A stretch of 63,985 nt of DNA, filler included, from Octopus bimaculoides (taxonomy: Eukaryota): assembly GCF_001194135.2 (NCBI RefSeq). It is 7 parts of 7 records of this genome, joined end to end, with 100 filler letters (N's around TTAATTAATTAA, not from the genome) between each part and the next. Parts side by side here need not be neighbours in the genome. Positions count along the whole stretch, not along the records: positions 24,083 to 26,541 come from NW_026356611.1; positions 26,642 to 30,345 come from NW_026440061.1; positions 30,446 to 38,500 come from NC_069006.1; 4 more parts are not named here. The stretch is one strand, 5' to 3'. This document shows positions 25,565-37,554 of the stretch, in pieces. A program made the position numbers and the translations under genes. Each line of letters starts with the position of its first letter. Within the stretch, counting starts at the first letter, position 1. The notes under the pieces were generated by a model. The model was given only the letters and a program-made list of their open reading frames with translations, was not told where the DNA came from and searched no databases.

Positions 25565-26541
25565 TTAAGTTGTTTCATATGAAATGTCGCATTTTTAATT
25601 TATTTTACAAAAGTACAGCCAAGGCTAGGGTGCGTCCTATGCACTCGTGCATCTTATAGACCATCAAATACGGTGCTTGTTATTTCAGTCAGTTAAAATC
25701 TCAATTATGTATACCTTGCATTTAATCTTGACTCTTTTTCTTTCCCAAGAATATTGGTATTCAAAATTCGAACCTACAGACCTTATGAAAATGATACCTA
25801 AACTACGTTGAGCGATTTTCTCGTATGAGTACAGACTGGGTCACTCTGCTGCAAATACGCAACGGAATATCAAGCAGGCCTTTGGTAATGGTTTTGTTGA
25901 CAACTATTCAGAGATGGTTCCAAATCTCTCGTTCAGGAGATAATAGCCTTGAAAATAAACCAAGGGTTAGGACAAAATCAGTTATTCGGCATAACAAATT
26001 AAGTGCTTTGGTTGAACAAAATCTGAAAACAAAGGTTCGAAAACATTCATCTCCAAACATCTCGCACAACTGTTTTTGGCCACCTGTAAAAGTCAAGAAA
26101 ACAGATAGGTTTGTTCCACATCAACTAAACGAGATTTTAAAAAAGACAGACGCATCGAGGTGTGCTCCTTATTGATTTCTCGACTGTAAAAAGACTATTT
26201 TTGCATCAAATCATTACATGTGATGAGAAATGGATACTCTTTGACAACAGCAGGAGAACAGAACAAGGATTAGATGCAGCAGAGTCCCAGAAACACTACT
26301 CAAACCCATCATTGCACCCTAAAAAGTTAGTGGTCATTGTAAGGTGGTTTGCGAAGGGAGTTATTCGTGTTTCATTTTTGCAACTAGGTAAAATGGTAAC
26401 GGCAGCATCGTATTGCCAGGAAATTGATTATATGCAAGAGAATTTGAAAAAGAAGCGATCCACACTCGTGAATAGAGACGGCTCAATTTTGTTCGACTAC
26501 AACGCACGTCCTCATACTTTCAAGCTACGGTTCAAAAGTTG
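25565..26541 (+). mobile_element. Decayed mariner (DD34D) element; 3' end lost in a gap
   Basis: TIR-like ta|ttaagttgtttcata. Translation gives TIQRWFQ..RSGDNSLE, IITCDEKWILFDN, LHPKK and DYNARPH. Confidence 0.9.
25617..25679 (-). mobile_element. Pogo/Tigger-like MITE terminus nested in the mariner 5' UTR
   Basis: Reverse complement reads ccgtatttgatggtctataagatgcac. Confidence 0.5.
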
Positions 26542-26649
26542 NNNNNNNNNNNNNNNNNNNNNNNNNNNNNNNNNNNNNNNNNNNNTTAATTAATTAANNN
26601 NNNNNNNNNNNNNNNNNNNNNNNNNNNNNNNNNNNNNNNNNTATGTATG

Positions 26650-26980
26650 TGAAGGCACGTGGCTTAGTGGTTAGGGGTATTCGGCTTGCAATCGTAGGGT
26701 CACGAGTTCGATTCCCGGTGACGCGTTGAGTCCTTGAGCAAGACACTTTATTACACGTTGCTCCAGTTCACTCACCTGGTAAATATGAGTTGTACCTGTA
26801 TTTCAAAGCACCGACCTTATCACACTCTGTGTCACGCTGAATCTCCCTGACAAGTACGTGAAGGGGGTAGCGTTTTTGTGAAGAGTGCTCAGCCATTTCC
26901 ACGAGCAAGCTGTTCCGTTAATCTCACGAGCAAGCTGTTCCGTTGATCGGATCAACTGGAACCCTCGGCGGAGTGCCAGA
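26650..26980 (+). mobile_element. tRNA-SINE with a CORE-like segment and a family-C body and tail
   Basis: A box tggcttagtggtt and B box gagttcgattccc. Its 3' half matches 42150-42310. Confidence 0.85.
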
Positions 26981-27254
26981 CGTACGTATGTATGCGTGTA
27001 TATATAATTCATTTGATATCAATTTATGCAAATTGAATATTAATTTAAAGGAACGGAATAATAACGAAAGAATTGAATATAGTTTTGGTTTAATAACGAC
27101 AATTCGTTCATTTCATGAAGGATTCTACTTCGTGTATAACAAGAGAGCAAGGTGAGTTGGTTTTGAAAGGATTAGATTTGTGATGCATTTAAAACAGGTA
27201 TTTCACGTGAGGGAGAGTGTGCGCGTGGTATCAGTCCACATGGGAATGTAACAA

Positions 27255-27400
27255 TATCTTCCCAACCACGTGGTTTCGGGTTCAGTCCCACTGCGTAACA
27301 CCTTGGGCAAGTGTCTTCTACTATAGCCTTCAGGCCGAACAATGCCTTCTGAGTGGATTTGGTAGACGGAAACTGACAGAAGCCCGTCGGATATATATAT
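27255..27400 (+). mobile_element. Head of SINE family A, ending in (TA)n and a gap
   Basis: ggtttcgggttcagtcccactg..ccttgggcaagtgtcttctac..gaagcccgtcg. Confidence 0.9.
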
Positions 27401-28255
27401 NNNNNNNNNNNNNNNNNNNNNNNNNNNNNNNNNNNNNNNNNNNNNNNNNNNNNNNNNNNNNNNNNNNNNNNNNNNNNNNNNNNNNNNNNNNNNNNNNNNN
27501 NNNNNNNNNNNNNNNNNNNNNNNNNNNNNNNNNNNNNNNNNNNNNNNNNNNNNNNNNNNNNNNNNNNNNNNNNNNNNNNNNNNNNNNNNNNNNNNNNNNN
27601 NNNNNNNNNNNNNNNNNNNNNNNNNNNNNNNNNNNNNNNNNNNNNNNNNNNNNNNNNNNNNNNNNNNNNNNNNNNNNNNNNNNNNNNNNNNNNNNNNNNN
27701 NNNNNNNNNNNNNNNNNNNNNNNNNNNNNNNNNNNNNNNNNNNNNNNNNNNNNNNNNNNNNNNNNNNNNNNNNNNNNNNNNNNNNNNNNNNNNNNNNNNN
27801 NNNNNNNNNNNNNNNNNNNNNNNNNNNNNNNNNNNNNNNNNNNNNNNNNNNNNNNNNNNNNNNNNNNNNNNNNNNNNNNNNNNNNNNNNNNNNNNNNNNN
27901 NNNNNNNNNNNNNNNNNNNNNNNNNNNNNNNNNNNNNNNNNNNNNNNNNNNNNNNNNNNNNNNNNNNNNNNNNNNNNNNNNNNNNNNNNNNNNNNNNNNN
28001 NNNNNNNNNNNNNNNNNNNNNNNNNNNNNNNNNNNNNNNNNNNNNNNNNNNNNNNNNNNNNNNNNNNNNNNNNNNNNNNNNNNNNNNNNNNNNNNNNNNN
28101 NNNNNNNNNNNNNNNNNNNNNNNNNNNNNNNNNNNNNNNNNNNNNNNNNNNNNNNNNNNNNNNNNNNNNNNNNNNNNNNNNNNNNNNNNNNNNNNNNNNN
28201 NNNNNNNNNNNNNNNNNNNNNNNNNNNNNNNNNNNNNNNNNNNNNNNNNNNNNNN

Positions 28256-28343
<88 letters not shown>

Positions 28344-29499
28344 GTGAAAGGAGGAGTCGAAACTAATGCGACATTGGTTCCATGTAAAATACAAACATGG
28401 ATATACGTACATATATTGTATGGATACATGTTAACACACAGGCATACTTATACACAGATATATACATACATCCGTTCATTCACTATATACATACGTATAT
28501 ACGTGCATTGTATATATACACATACATATACACACACTAATGCATGCATACGTACATTTATAGATTTATGCATTTATAGATTTATGCAAACATCGTATTC
28601 ATCCACATATATATATATACACGCAGTAATACATACATACATNNNNNNNNNNNNNNNNNNNNNNNNNNNNNNNNNNNNNNNNNNNNNNNNNNNNNNNNNN
28701 NNNNNNNNNNNNNNNNNNNNNNNNNNNNNNNNNNNNNNNNNNNNNNNNNNNNNNNNNNNNNNNNNNNNNNNNNNNNNNNNNNNNNNNNNNNNNNNNNNNN
28801 NNNNNNNNNNNNNNNNNNNNNNNNNNNNNNNNNNNNNNNNNNNNNNNNNNNNNNNNNNNNNNNNNNNNNNNNNNNNNNNNNNNNNNNNNNNNNNNNNNNN
28901 NNNNNNNNNNNNNNNNNNNNNNNNNNNNNNNNNNNNNNNNNNNNNNNNNNNNNNNNNNNNNNNNNNNNNNNNNNNNNNNNNNNNNNNNNNNNNNNNNNNN
29001 NNNNNNNNNNNNNNNNNNNNNNNNNNNNNNNNNNNNNNNNNNNNNNNNNNNNNNNNNNNNNNNNNNNNNNNNNNNNNNNNNNNNNNNNNNNNNNNNNNNN
29101 NNNNNNNNNNNNNNNNNNNNNNNNNNNNNNNNNNNNNNNNNNNNNNNNNNNNNNNNNNNNNNNNNNNNNNNNNNNNNNNNNNNNNNNNNNNNNNNNNNNN
29201 NNNNNNNNNNNNNNNNNNNNNNNNNNNNNNNNNNNNNNNNNNNNNNNNNNNNNNNNNNNNNNNNNNNNNNNNNNNNNNNNNNNNNNNNNNNNNNNNNNNN
29301 NNNNNNNNNNNNNNNNNNNNNNNNNNNNNNNNNNNNNNNNNNNNNNNNNNNNNNNNNNNNNNNNNNNNNNNNNNNNNNNNNNNNNNNNNNNNNNNNNNNN
29401 NNNNNNNNNNNNNNNNNNTATATAAACAATATATGAGTATATGCATATATATGTACATGTATGTATATACGTTCATCTACATGTACATATAGATACATA

Positions 29500-29625
29500 A
29501 CTGGGTACATGACGTGGCAAAAGAACAAGGACAAAATGGTAAACAAGGTGCGACAAACAAGCAGGCCACATAGAAACACCCCCTTCATCAGCTGTCACCA
29601 TTAAAACTCCGGCGTTTCGAAGAAT
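29500..29625 (-). mobile_element. Possible Penelope-like terminal-repeat fragment carrying hammerhead core motifs
   Basis: Minus strand reads TCTTCGAAACGCC...CAGCTGATGAAGGGG. Family assignment is inferred. Confidence 0.35.
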
Positions 29626-29750
29626 TATACATATACACGCATCCCATTACCCCCATCCATTCGTCCATCAAATCCATCCAACACGAGCCACACCACAAAC
29701 GTATCTCGTCCAAATCTCCCGTCTACATGCAGTCGTCGGTGAAGGCCGAC

Positions 29751-29796
29751 TGATGTCTTAGAAGCGGGGCAGCGCCGTATATTCACTGTGACGTAA
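29751..29796 (-). promoter_or_regulatory. Second CRE/TATA/Inr-like core promoter candidate
   Basis: TTACGTCA at 29796-29789, TATAC at -30, and a consensus Inr TCAGTC with +1 at 29751, inside a CpG-rich island. Confidence 0.35.
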
Positions 29797-30268
29797 ATCT
29801 CGTGTTAAACGCACCACTGGACTGGCTGTGCGTCCCTCAACCCTAATGCAGGCGCCTTCCAGAAGATGCGCCTTCCATAGAACACATGCATGTGCGTGAG
29901 CATGTACGCGTGTGTGTGTATGTGTGTGTGTGTATACGTGCATAAACAAGCCGGTGCACGCGCACGTAAACGAAAGATCGCGGTCGCGGTTATACGCACT
30001 TATACGTAGGTACATTGATAAAAGAAACTGAACTAGCTAAGAACATACAATATATACACAACAGACAGACATGTGCGCGCGAACGCACATGCACAAGCAT
30101 TTACCTGTGTAATCTATACATATACATACACACATAAATACAAACTTATATTTAAAAATACATACATATATATAGATATATATATACACAAATATATATT
30201 TATGTATATATACATATATATAGATATATATACCCAAATATATATTTATGTATATATATCTATGCATC

Positions 30269-30300
<32 letters not shown>

Positions 30301-31879
30301 GTGTAACAATTAGAAACATACATACATACATACTTATATATATATNNNNNNNNNNNNNNNNNNNNNNNNNNNNNNNNNNNNNNNNNNNNTTAATTAATTA
30401 ANNNNNNNNNNNNNNNNNNNNNNNNNNNNNNNNNNNNNNNNNNNNGGTATTATATATATATATATATATAATAAAAGAAGGAAACTGCACAGTTTACATA
30501 GTTTTAATATATTTTATTAGTGGAAGGGTATTGTGTTTGTCGACCGGTTTCGCTTTCCCTCATCATGACATTGAAATTATTGTAATTTCGTATTTTGTTA
30601 AGAAGATTTTTGTCTATGTTGTATTTGGAGAAGTTTGTGAATGAATGATCAACAGGTAGAAAAATGTTCGGGGACGTAATTGATGATCGTTATTATCGGA
30701 GACAGGGGTGGTAATTGCTCATCTTTCAGGGAGGGGATAAATACATATATATACAAAAACTCTAAAGCTAAAGTAGTGAGATGAAATATGTACAGTGATG
30801 GGTATGTGATCATGAATGAAAATATGTATAGAGATCAAAGTTGGTTATGCGTTCATATTTAGACGTGTTCTCTATTTTTTTTATGAATAAATATGTGTGT
30901 GTCTGAGAATATAAAGAATGGAGAAGTTAGTGAAAACTACAAATATTTCATAGCTAAAACAATGTTACAAGTTATGTAACATTGTTTTAGCAATGAAACA
31001 GACGTTTAGTAGCAGAGTGTCGTATGCGCCACACCGGCCATTTTCGAGGTTGATGTATCATTTCCTTTGTCTCAACGTCTAGAATCCGAAAAAGGTGGGA
31101 GGAAGAACCAGTGAGGCTTGCAATAAGGTCGAAAATCTGGCTGAAAAAATTGTACCTCGACACTATTGACACGATGCTCGCTGACCCAAACTCGGACCAG
31201 AAAGTTTAGTAACATACCATCGTAAGCACACATGATCAATCAATACCGTTGGTATGGGCCTTGTATTGTTTTTTGAGGTGTTATAGCTCATTTTCTAATA
31301 TTCTTCATTACCATCGTGACGATAATGAGCTATTATCTTACTATCTTGTCTTACTTACCTTTTAAAGAAACTTACTTTGGTATATTAAAACACAAGCAAT
31401 ATCTTTAGTGGGGGGTCTCTGTATGTTTTTTCTAGGTATTGTGGCTAAAATATGCAATGCATTACACCGTTTCGTAGTACCGGCATAGTCTACAAAACGA
31501 GAAAGACGCAGTCATTGTTTCATCAGATACATACATAAATAAATAATTTTATATAAGTGAAATGATTAAAAGAGGTCTTCACGGTCATTTTAAGACCAAA
31601 ACCAGCTTCCTAACTTCATTCCTTGCCGAGATATCGCATTCTAAAAGTCGCGAAACTTTGCGTTTTACTCGGTTTGTGGCGCTTACGACGGTCTATTACT
31701 AAACACCTCGTAACCTTCATTTACATTTTCCATTGCTTACATTCTTAGCATAAGAGTGTATGTGCTAATTAAATTGATTAATCAATTAATATCTACAGTA
31801 CATAGTGTTTTTGGCTAATAAAAGCGTTTTTAATCAATGGAGTATTTAATGTTTGGTGTGAAAAATCAAGTCATTCGAC

Positions 31880-32175
31880 GCAGGCATGGCTGTGTGGTTA
31901 AGAAGTTTACTTCTCATTCACATGGTTTGTGGGTCAGTCCCACTGTACGGCACCTCAATCAAGTATCTTCTACTATAGCCCCAGGTCGGTCAAAGTCTTG
32001 TGAGTGGATTTGGTAGGCGGAAACTGTGCGGAAGCCATCGCTTATGTGTGGGTGTATGTGCATTTTTGTGTTTGAACCCATCACCGCTTGGCTACTATTG
32101 TTGGCTTCTTTACTTTCGCGTAACTTAGTCGTTTGGCATAAAAGACCGATAAAATAAGTACGAGACCTAAAAAAA
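31880..32175 (+). mobile_element. Diverged near-full copy of SINE family A
   Basis: Head, short internal (TG) region and a partial tail. Confidence 0.85.
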
Positions 32176-33589
32176 GAAAAAAATACGATATTACGATATT
32201 AACGCCCATCTACTCACACATAGACACTCACCTATACACATACATCTCCACATATATCCACGCACACACAACTACACACATCTCTCTTTTTCTCGCTCTC
32301 CACACACACACACACTCACACACACACACACAAATTACTCTTCTTTGCTGTTAATGACAGCGGTCCTATCCAAGTGTTCCAACAGACTTAACCTTAACTC
32401 TCAACGTAACATCTTCAATCAATGAAATCTCCCAGTTATGTCTACCATGATTTTTTTTCTTTGCTTTCCTTTCAGCATGGAAAATGACATTCTTTGTTCC
32501 TTCAAAAGATGAAGTCCAACAAATGCTTTGTAAATTGCTTCATTTTATGTGACAAAACCTGCCAAGNNNNNNNNNNNNNNNNNNNNNNNNNNNNNNNNNN
32601 NNNNNNNNNNNNNNNNNNNNNNNNNNNNNNNNNNNNNNNNNNNNNNNNNNNNNNNNNNNNNNNNNNNNNNNNNNNNNNNNNNNNNNNNNNNNNNNNNNNN
32701 NNNNNNNNNNNNNNNNNNNNNNNNNNNNNNNNNNNNNNNNNNNNNNNNNNNNNNNNNNNNNNNNNNNNNNNNNNNNNNNNNNNNNNNNNNNNNNTTCTAT
32801 TCTTTATGGCAGACTTAAACATTGTTTGCTGGTTGTAACTTGTGTTCAACGACATTTTGATTGGCTGGCTTCTGATGTAGCCTCCCCACCACCACCACCA
32901 CCACCACCGCGCCATTTCATTCCCCCATCACCACTTTCAAGTGAGAACTTAATTATGTCGTTTAGCTACTCCTCTTTTGTCGTTGACATTGCGACTTTTT
33001 GAGGTGTGTCTGTCTGTTGGTCGACCTTTCAGTTCCATGTAAAGACATATAATGATTACAACAGACGTTCACCTTCACCACCCCATCCCTTTGCAAGCAG
33101 CCTTTTTATATATATCCAAACTCCATCTCATGCAAGTCCATCGCTCGTCTAAACCACGAGTCTTTGACTCGTGACTCCTACTGCTGATTCCTTTGTTGTT
33201 AATCTTAACGATTCTCTTTAGGCCGACGTTGGAGCGTTCCTTCTACTTTTTCCTCACTTCAGGTTCATTTATTTTATTTTATTTTATTTATTTATTTTAT
33301 TTGGCAAATTGTGAACAAGAGCGTCGTTTGTTACAAGTATTTTCTTCGAAGGAAATTCAATCACTATTCGATTGAATTTCACACGGCATAAATAACCAAG
33401 GAAGTGTAATGTTCGAGGCAGAACAAATATATCAAGGAAATTAGTTCGTAAAACGTTTGCTTCTCGGTTTCGTTGTCGATGTTTATAAGTCGGTGATACA
33501 TGCTCGCCAAATACAACACACACACATTTATATATAAATCACGTGATTGACCAGACTGCCGGATGTTGTAATACATCGCTAGTCACAAT

Positions 33590-33840
33590 GCGTTTCGCAT
33601 CGTTTTAGCTTACGAATAATGCCACCCCGCTGGCTTAGGTGAGCAGGCCAATATTCCACCCGATCGGAAGGCTGTTCCGTCGCCCGGTTACCCATTTACA
33701 GCTGAGTGAACTGGACTGGAACAATGTGAAATGAAGTGTTTTGCTGAAGAACACAACGCGTCGCCTTGTCCGGAAATCGAACTTACGATCTCGCGATCGT
33801 GAGAGTAACACCCTAACCACTAGGCCACGCACCTTCACAC
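33590..33840 (-). mobile_element. tRNA-SINE with a CORE-like segment
   Basis: Reverse complement reads gtggcctagtggttagggtg..gttcgatttcc..ttcagcaaaacacttc..cagctgtaaatgggtaac. Confidence 0.8.
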
Positions 33841-33894
33841 ACATACACACACACGTCGTGATATGATGGTTAGAGACTGCATCAGATCACATAT

Positions 33895-34400
33895 ACATTT
33901 CTTTTTCTTTTTTAGTTTTAGTCCAAGGACTGCGGCCATGCTAGGGCACCGCCATTTATTTGGCTACACTTTCACTAAACCTCCTCTGAGATGTGACATT
34001 TGGTGGATGAGGGAGTTTGACGTTGCTGCCCTCATCTGTGTTTCTTGCATAGAGGTAGGTTCATCCGGAACTCTTGACAGAAGGAGATCTAGTTTTGTTT
34101 TGAAAAAGCCCACGTCCACGCCATGGAGGTCTCTCAGGCTTTGTGGAAAGATTTTGAAGAGCTGTGGGTCTTTGAAGCCTAAACTGTTGCAGTATCTGGT
34201 CTTATATCCTGATGGTAATGTTGGGACCTTTGGTACAATGCTGTAGCGCCCCGTCTTGCTGTTTGTGTGAGTGACAATGCCAAAGTTTGGAACGAGTTTC
34301 TCTAAGATTTTCCAGATGTATATTATTGCATATCTTTCCCACCTTCGCTTCAGGGAGTAGAGTCTTAACTCTTTCAGTTTCTCCCATTAACAGATATGTC
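33895..34400 (-). mobile_element. CR1-group LINE 3' end (ORF2 C-terminus and 3' UTR)
   Basis: WEKLKELRLYSLKRRWERYAIIYIWKILEKLVPN...LFKIFPQSLRDL...FKTKLD...VPDEP...RAATSNSL. Confidence 0.9.
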
Positions 34401-35206
34401 CCCTTGCATCGATCTTCCTTNNNNNNNNNNNNNNNNNNNNNNNNNNNNNNNNNNNNNNNNNNNNNNNNNNNNNNNNNNNNNNNNNNNNNNNNNNNNNNNN
34501 NNNNNNNNNNNNNNNNNNNNNNNNNNNNNNNNNNNNNNNNNNNNNNNNNNNNNNNNNNNNNNNNNNNNNNNNNNNNNNNNNNNNNNNNNNNNNNNNNNNN
34601 NNNNNNNNNNNNNNNNNNNNNNNNNNNNNNNNNNNNNNNNNNNNNNNNNNNNNNNNNNNNNNNNNNNNNNNNNNNNNNNNNNNNNNNNNNNNNNNNNNNN
34701 NNNNNNNNNNNNNNNNNNNNNNNNNNNNNNNNNNNNNNNNNNNNNNNNNNNNNNNNNNNNNNNNNNNNNNNNNNNNNNNNNNNNNNNNNNNNNNNNNNNN
34801 NNNNNNNNNNNNNNNNNNNNNNNNNNNNNNNNNNNNNNNNNNNNNNNNNNNNNNNNNNNNNNNNNNNNNNNNNNNNNNNNNNNNNNNNNNNNNNNNNNNN
34901 NNNNNNNNNNNNNNNNNNNNNNNNNNNNNNNNNNNNNNNNNNNNNNNNNNNNNNNNNNNNNNNNNNNNNNNNNNNNNNNNNNNNNNNNNNNNNNNNNNNN
35001 NNNNNNNNNNNNNNNNNNNNNNNNNNNNNNNNNNNNNNNNNNNNNNNNNNNNNNNNNNNNNNNNNNNNNNNNNNNNNNNNNNNNNNNNNNNNNNNNNNNN
35101 NNNNNNNNNNNNNNNNNNNNNNNNNNNNNNNNNNNNNNNNNNNNNNNNNNNNNNNNNNNNNNNNNNNNNNNNNNNNNNNNNNNNNNNNNNNNNNNNNNNN
35201 NNNNNN

Positions 35207-35238
<32 letters not shown>

Positions 35239-35850
35239 GCATAAATATAGAGAGTCAGAACTTAACTGAAAAAGCACTCAATACATAATGACAGAGTAAG
35301 ACTTTTATTTGTATAAAGAAGGAAGGTGAGAGTAATTTCCAAGTTTCACTGGTCTTCGACACCTTTAGAAGTTTTCTGTGTGTGTGTGTGTGTGTGTAAC
35401 AGTATCCCTCGCAACCATGTACCGTGTTTTCACTAATTGTTTTAAGAGGCCTGTATAGACGCTCTCTTGGCCCTCCAGTTCCTTGTCCTAGGGGAATATC
35501 CAGGATGGGACAGCCTGAAGGAGAGAGAGAGAGAGAGAGAGAGCTGCACCAGCACTCGATTGGTTCATATTTACAGCTGAGTAGACTGGGGCAACATGAA
35601 GTGACGTGCCTTGNNNNNNNNNNNNNNNNNNNNNNNNNNNNNNNNNNNNNNNNNNNNNNNNNNNNNNNNNNNNNNNNNNNNNNNNNNNNNNNNNNNNNNN
35701 NNNNNNNNNNNNNNNNNNNNNNNNNNNNNNNNNNNNNNNNNNNNNNNNNNNNNNNNNNNNNNNNNNNNNNNNNNNNNNNNNNNNNNNNNNNNNNNNNNNN
35801 NNNNNNNNNNNNNNNNNNNNNNNNNNNNNNNNNNNNNNNNNNNNNNNNNN

Positions 35851-35990
35851 ATTACTATGTATGTATGTATGTATGTATGTATCCTGCGTTTGAGAATTTA
35901 AAATCACTTCTTTAACTTTCTAATACATCTCAACGCTTCTAAAGCAAACTTCGTTTGTTTGTTTACTTTCATCGTAATTTGAATATATAT
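35851..35990 (+). repeat. About 140-bp segment duplicated at 38356-38500
   Basis: tactatgtatgt..atcctgcgtttgagaatt..gtaatttgaatatatat occurs twice with a few substitutions, and both copies abut gaps. Confidence 0.9.
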
Positions 35991-35991
35991 A

Positions 35992-36215
35992 CTCTTACTC
36001 TTTTACTCTTTTACTTGTTTCAGTCATGTGACTGCGGCCATGCTGGAGCACCGCCTTTAGTCGAGCAAATCGACCCCGGGACTTATTCTTTGTAAGCCTA
36101 GTACTTATTCTATCGATCTCTTTTGCCGAGCCCAAGGTGACACGCAGTGGAACTGAACCCGGAACCATGTGGTTGGGAAGCAAGCTTCTTACTACAAAGC
36201 CACGCCTGCGCCTAT
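35992..36215 (-). mobile_element. SINE family A with the head fused directly to the tail (central deletion)
   Basis: Junction ttttgccga|gcccaaggtg removes the middle of the element and the microsatellite. Confidence 0.85.
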
Positions 36216-36400
36216 AAACGTGGTGTATCGATCGAGAACCACACACGAATACACACACAAACAACCATACAGTTTCATGTACTCGTTGTAGAACTTGTGT
36301 CTGACTTTCTGTGTTTGTATGTGCTAAATTGCCTGATTATTTGTGTATTAATGTATGACTGTCTGTCTGGGTATCTGTGCCGATTGACCTCTGCAGACGG

Positions 36401-36446
<46 letters not shown>

Positions 36447-36627
36447 GTATTGCGTGTGTGTGTGTGTGTGAAGTGTCGGCCTACCAAGTACGGAATGGTG
36501 CACTAATTCAACGCATGAAAACCGCATACTTACATAAATACACATACATACATACACACGAACATACACATACACAATATGCACACATGCAGACACAAAT
36601 GGACTTAAATTTACACGCACAAATAAT

Positions 36628-37028
36628 ATATATATATGAACGCCCGCACGGGTCGCCACTGCATGGTGCTAAAGGTACCGTCCACTGCATCTCACATAAG
36701 AACGAGATACTGCAGCAGCCTCGGTTTCAGAGGACCTCAGCTCTTCAATGCCCTGCCAAAACATTTGAGAGACATGCAAGACATGGATACGGAGGTCTTC
36801 AAGACAAAACTTGACACTTTCCTCTCCACGGTACCAGACGAACCAATGGCTCGTAATGAGACGCAGTTTAGGGCAGCTATGTCAAATTCTCTTATACACC
36901 AGATGTGCCATCAAAACTCCTGATTGGACCATGTCAGGTGGGGGAGAAGAGCCATGCGAGGAACGTGAAAATCACGGTGGTGCACCAGCATGACCGCAGC
37001 CACTTGGCTGAAACACATAAATAAATAA

Positions 37029-37035
<7 letters not shown>
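36628..37035 (+). mobile_element. CR1-group LINE 3' end, related to 33895-34400
   Basis: RGPQLFNALPKHLRDM..FKTKLDTFLSTVPDEP..RAAMSNSL, followed by a 3' UTR and a (TAAA)n tail. Confidence 0.9.
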
Positions 37036-37085
<50 letters not shown>

Positions 37086-37398
37086 CATACATACACATGC
37101 AAACACATACACATAGTCACATACAAAAGATAAACAGGATCATATAATCAGATACACATACATGGAAACATACACATGCATACACGCAGATCCTGAAGTA
37201 TATTCATACACACACGCCCTCTTACCAACTCCATAGGCATTTTAAATCATAGCCGCACTCACACAGCACCTATGTTTGCTAACCGACCAATACTAGTTGT
37301 TCTTGTTATTATACGATGATTTGTCAGACAATTTACAAATAAAATTTTATGGTTGTAGTTATTCACTGAAACATGTTATGTTCTATAAGGTCACTCAA

Positions 37399-37434
<36 letters not shown>

Positions 37435-37498
37435 TATCTAACTATCTCTCTCTCCTCTTTCTGTCACTACGTCTTCTCCACCATATATATACATATAT

Positions 37499-37554
<56 letters not shown>

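Noticed and set aside
31376-31489. Minus-strand AG/GT-bounded 114-nt segment containing RYYET, like the paired-domain RYYETG
   Set aside because: The RYYET frame stops two codons later, and the open frame resembles nothing I recognise.
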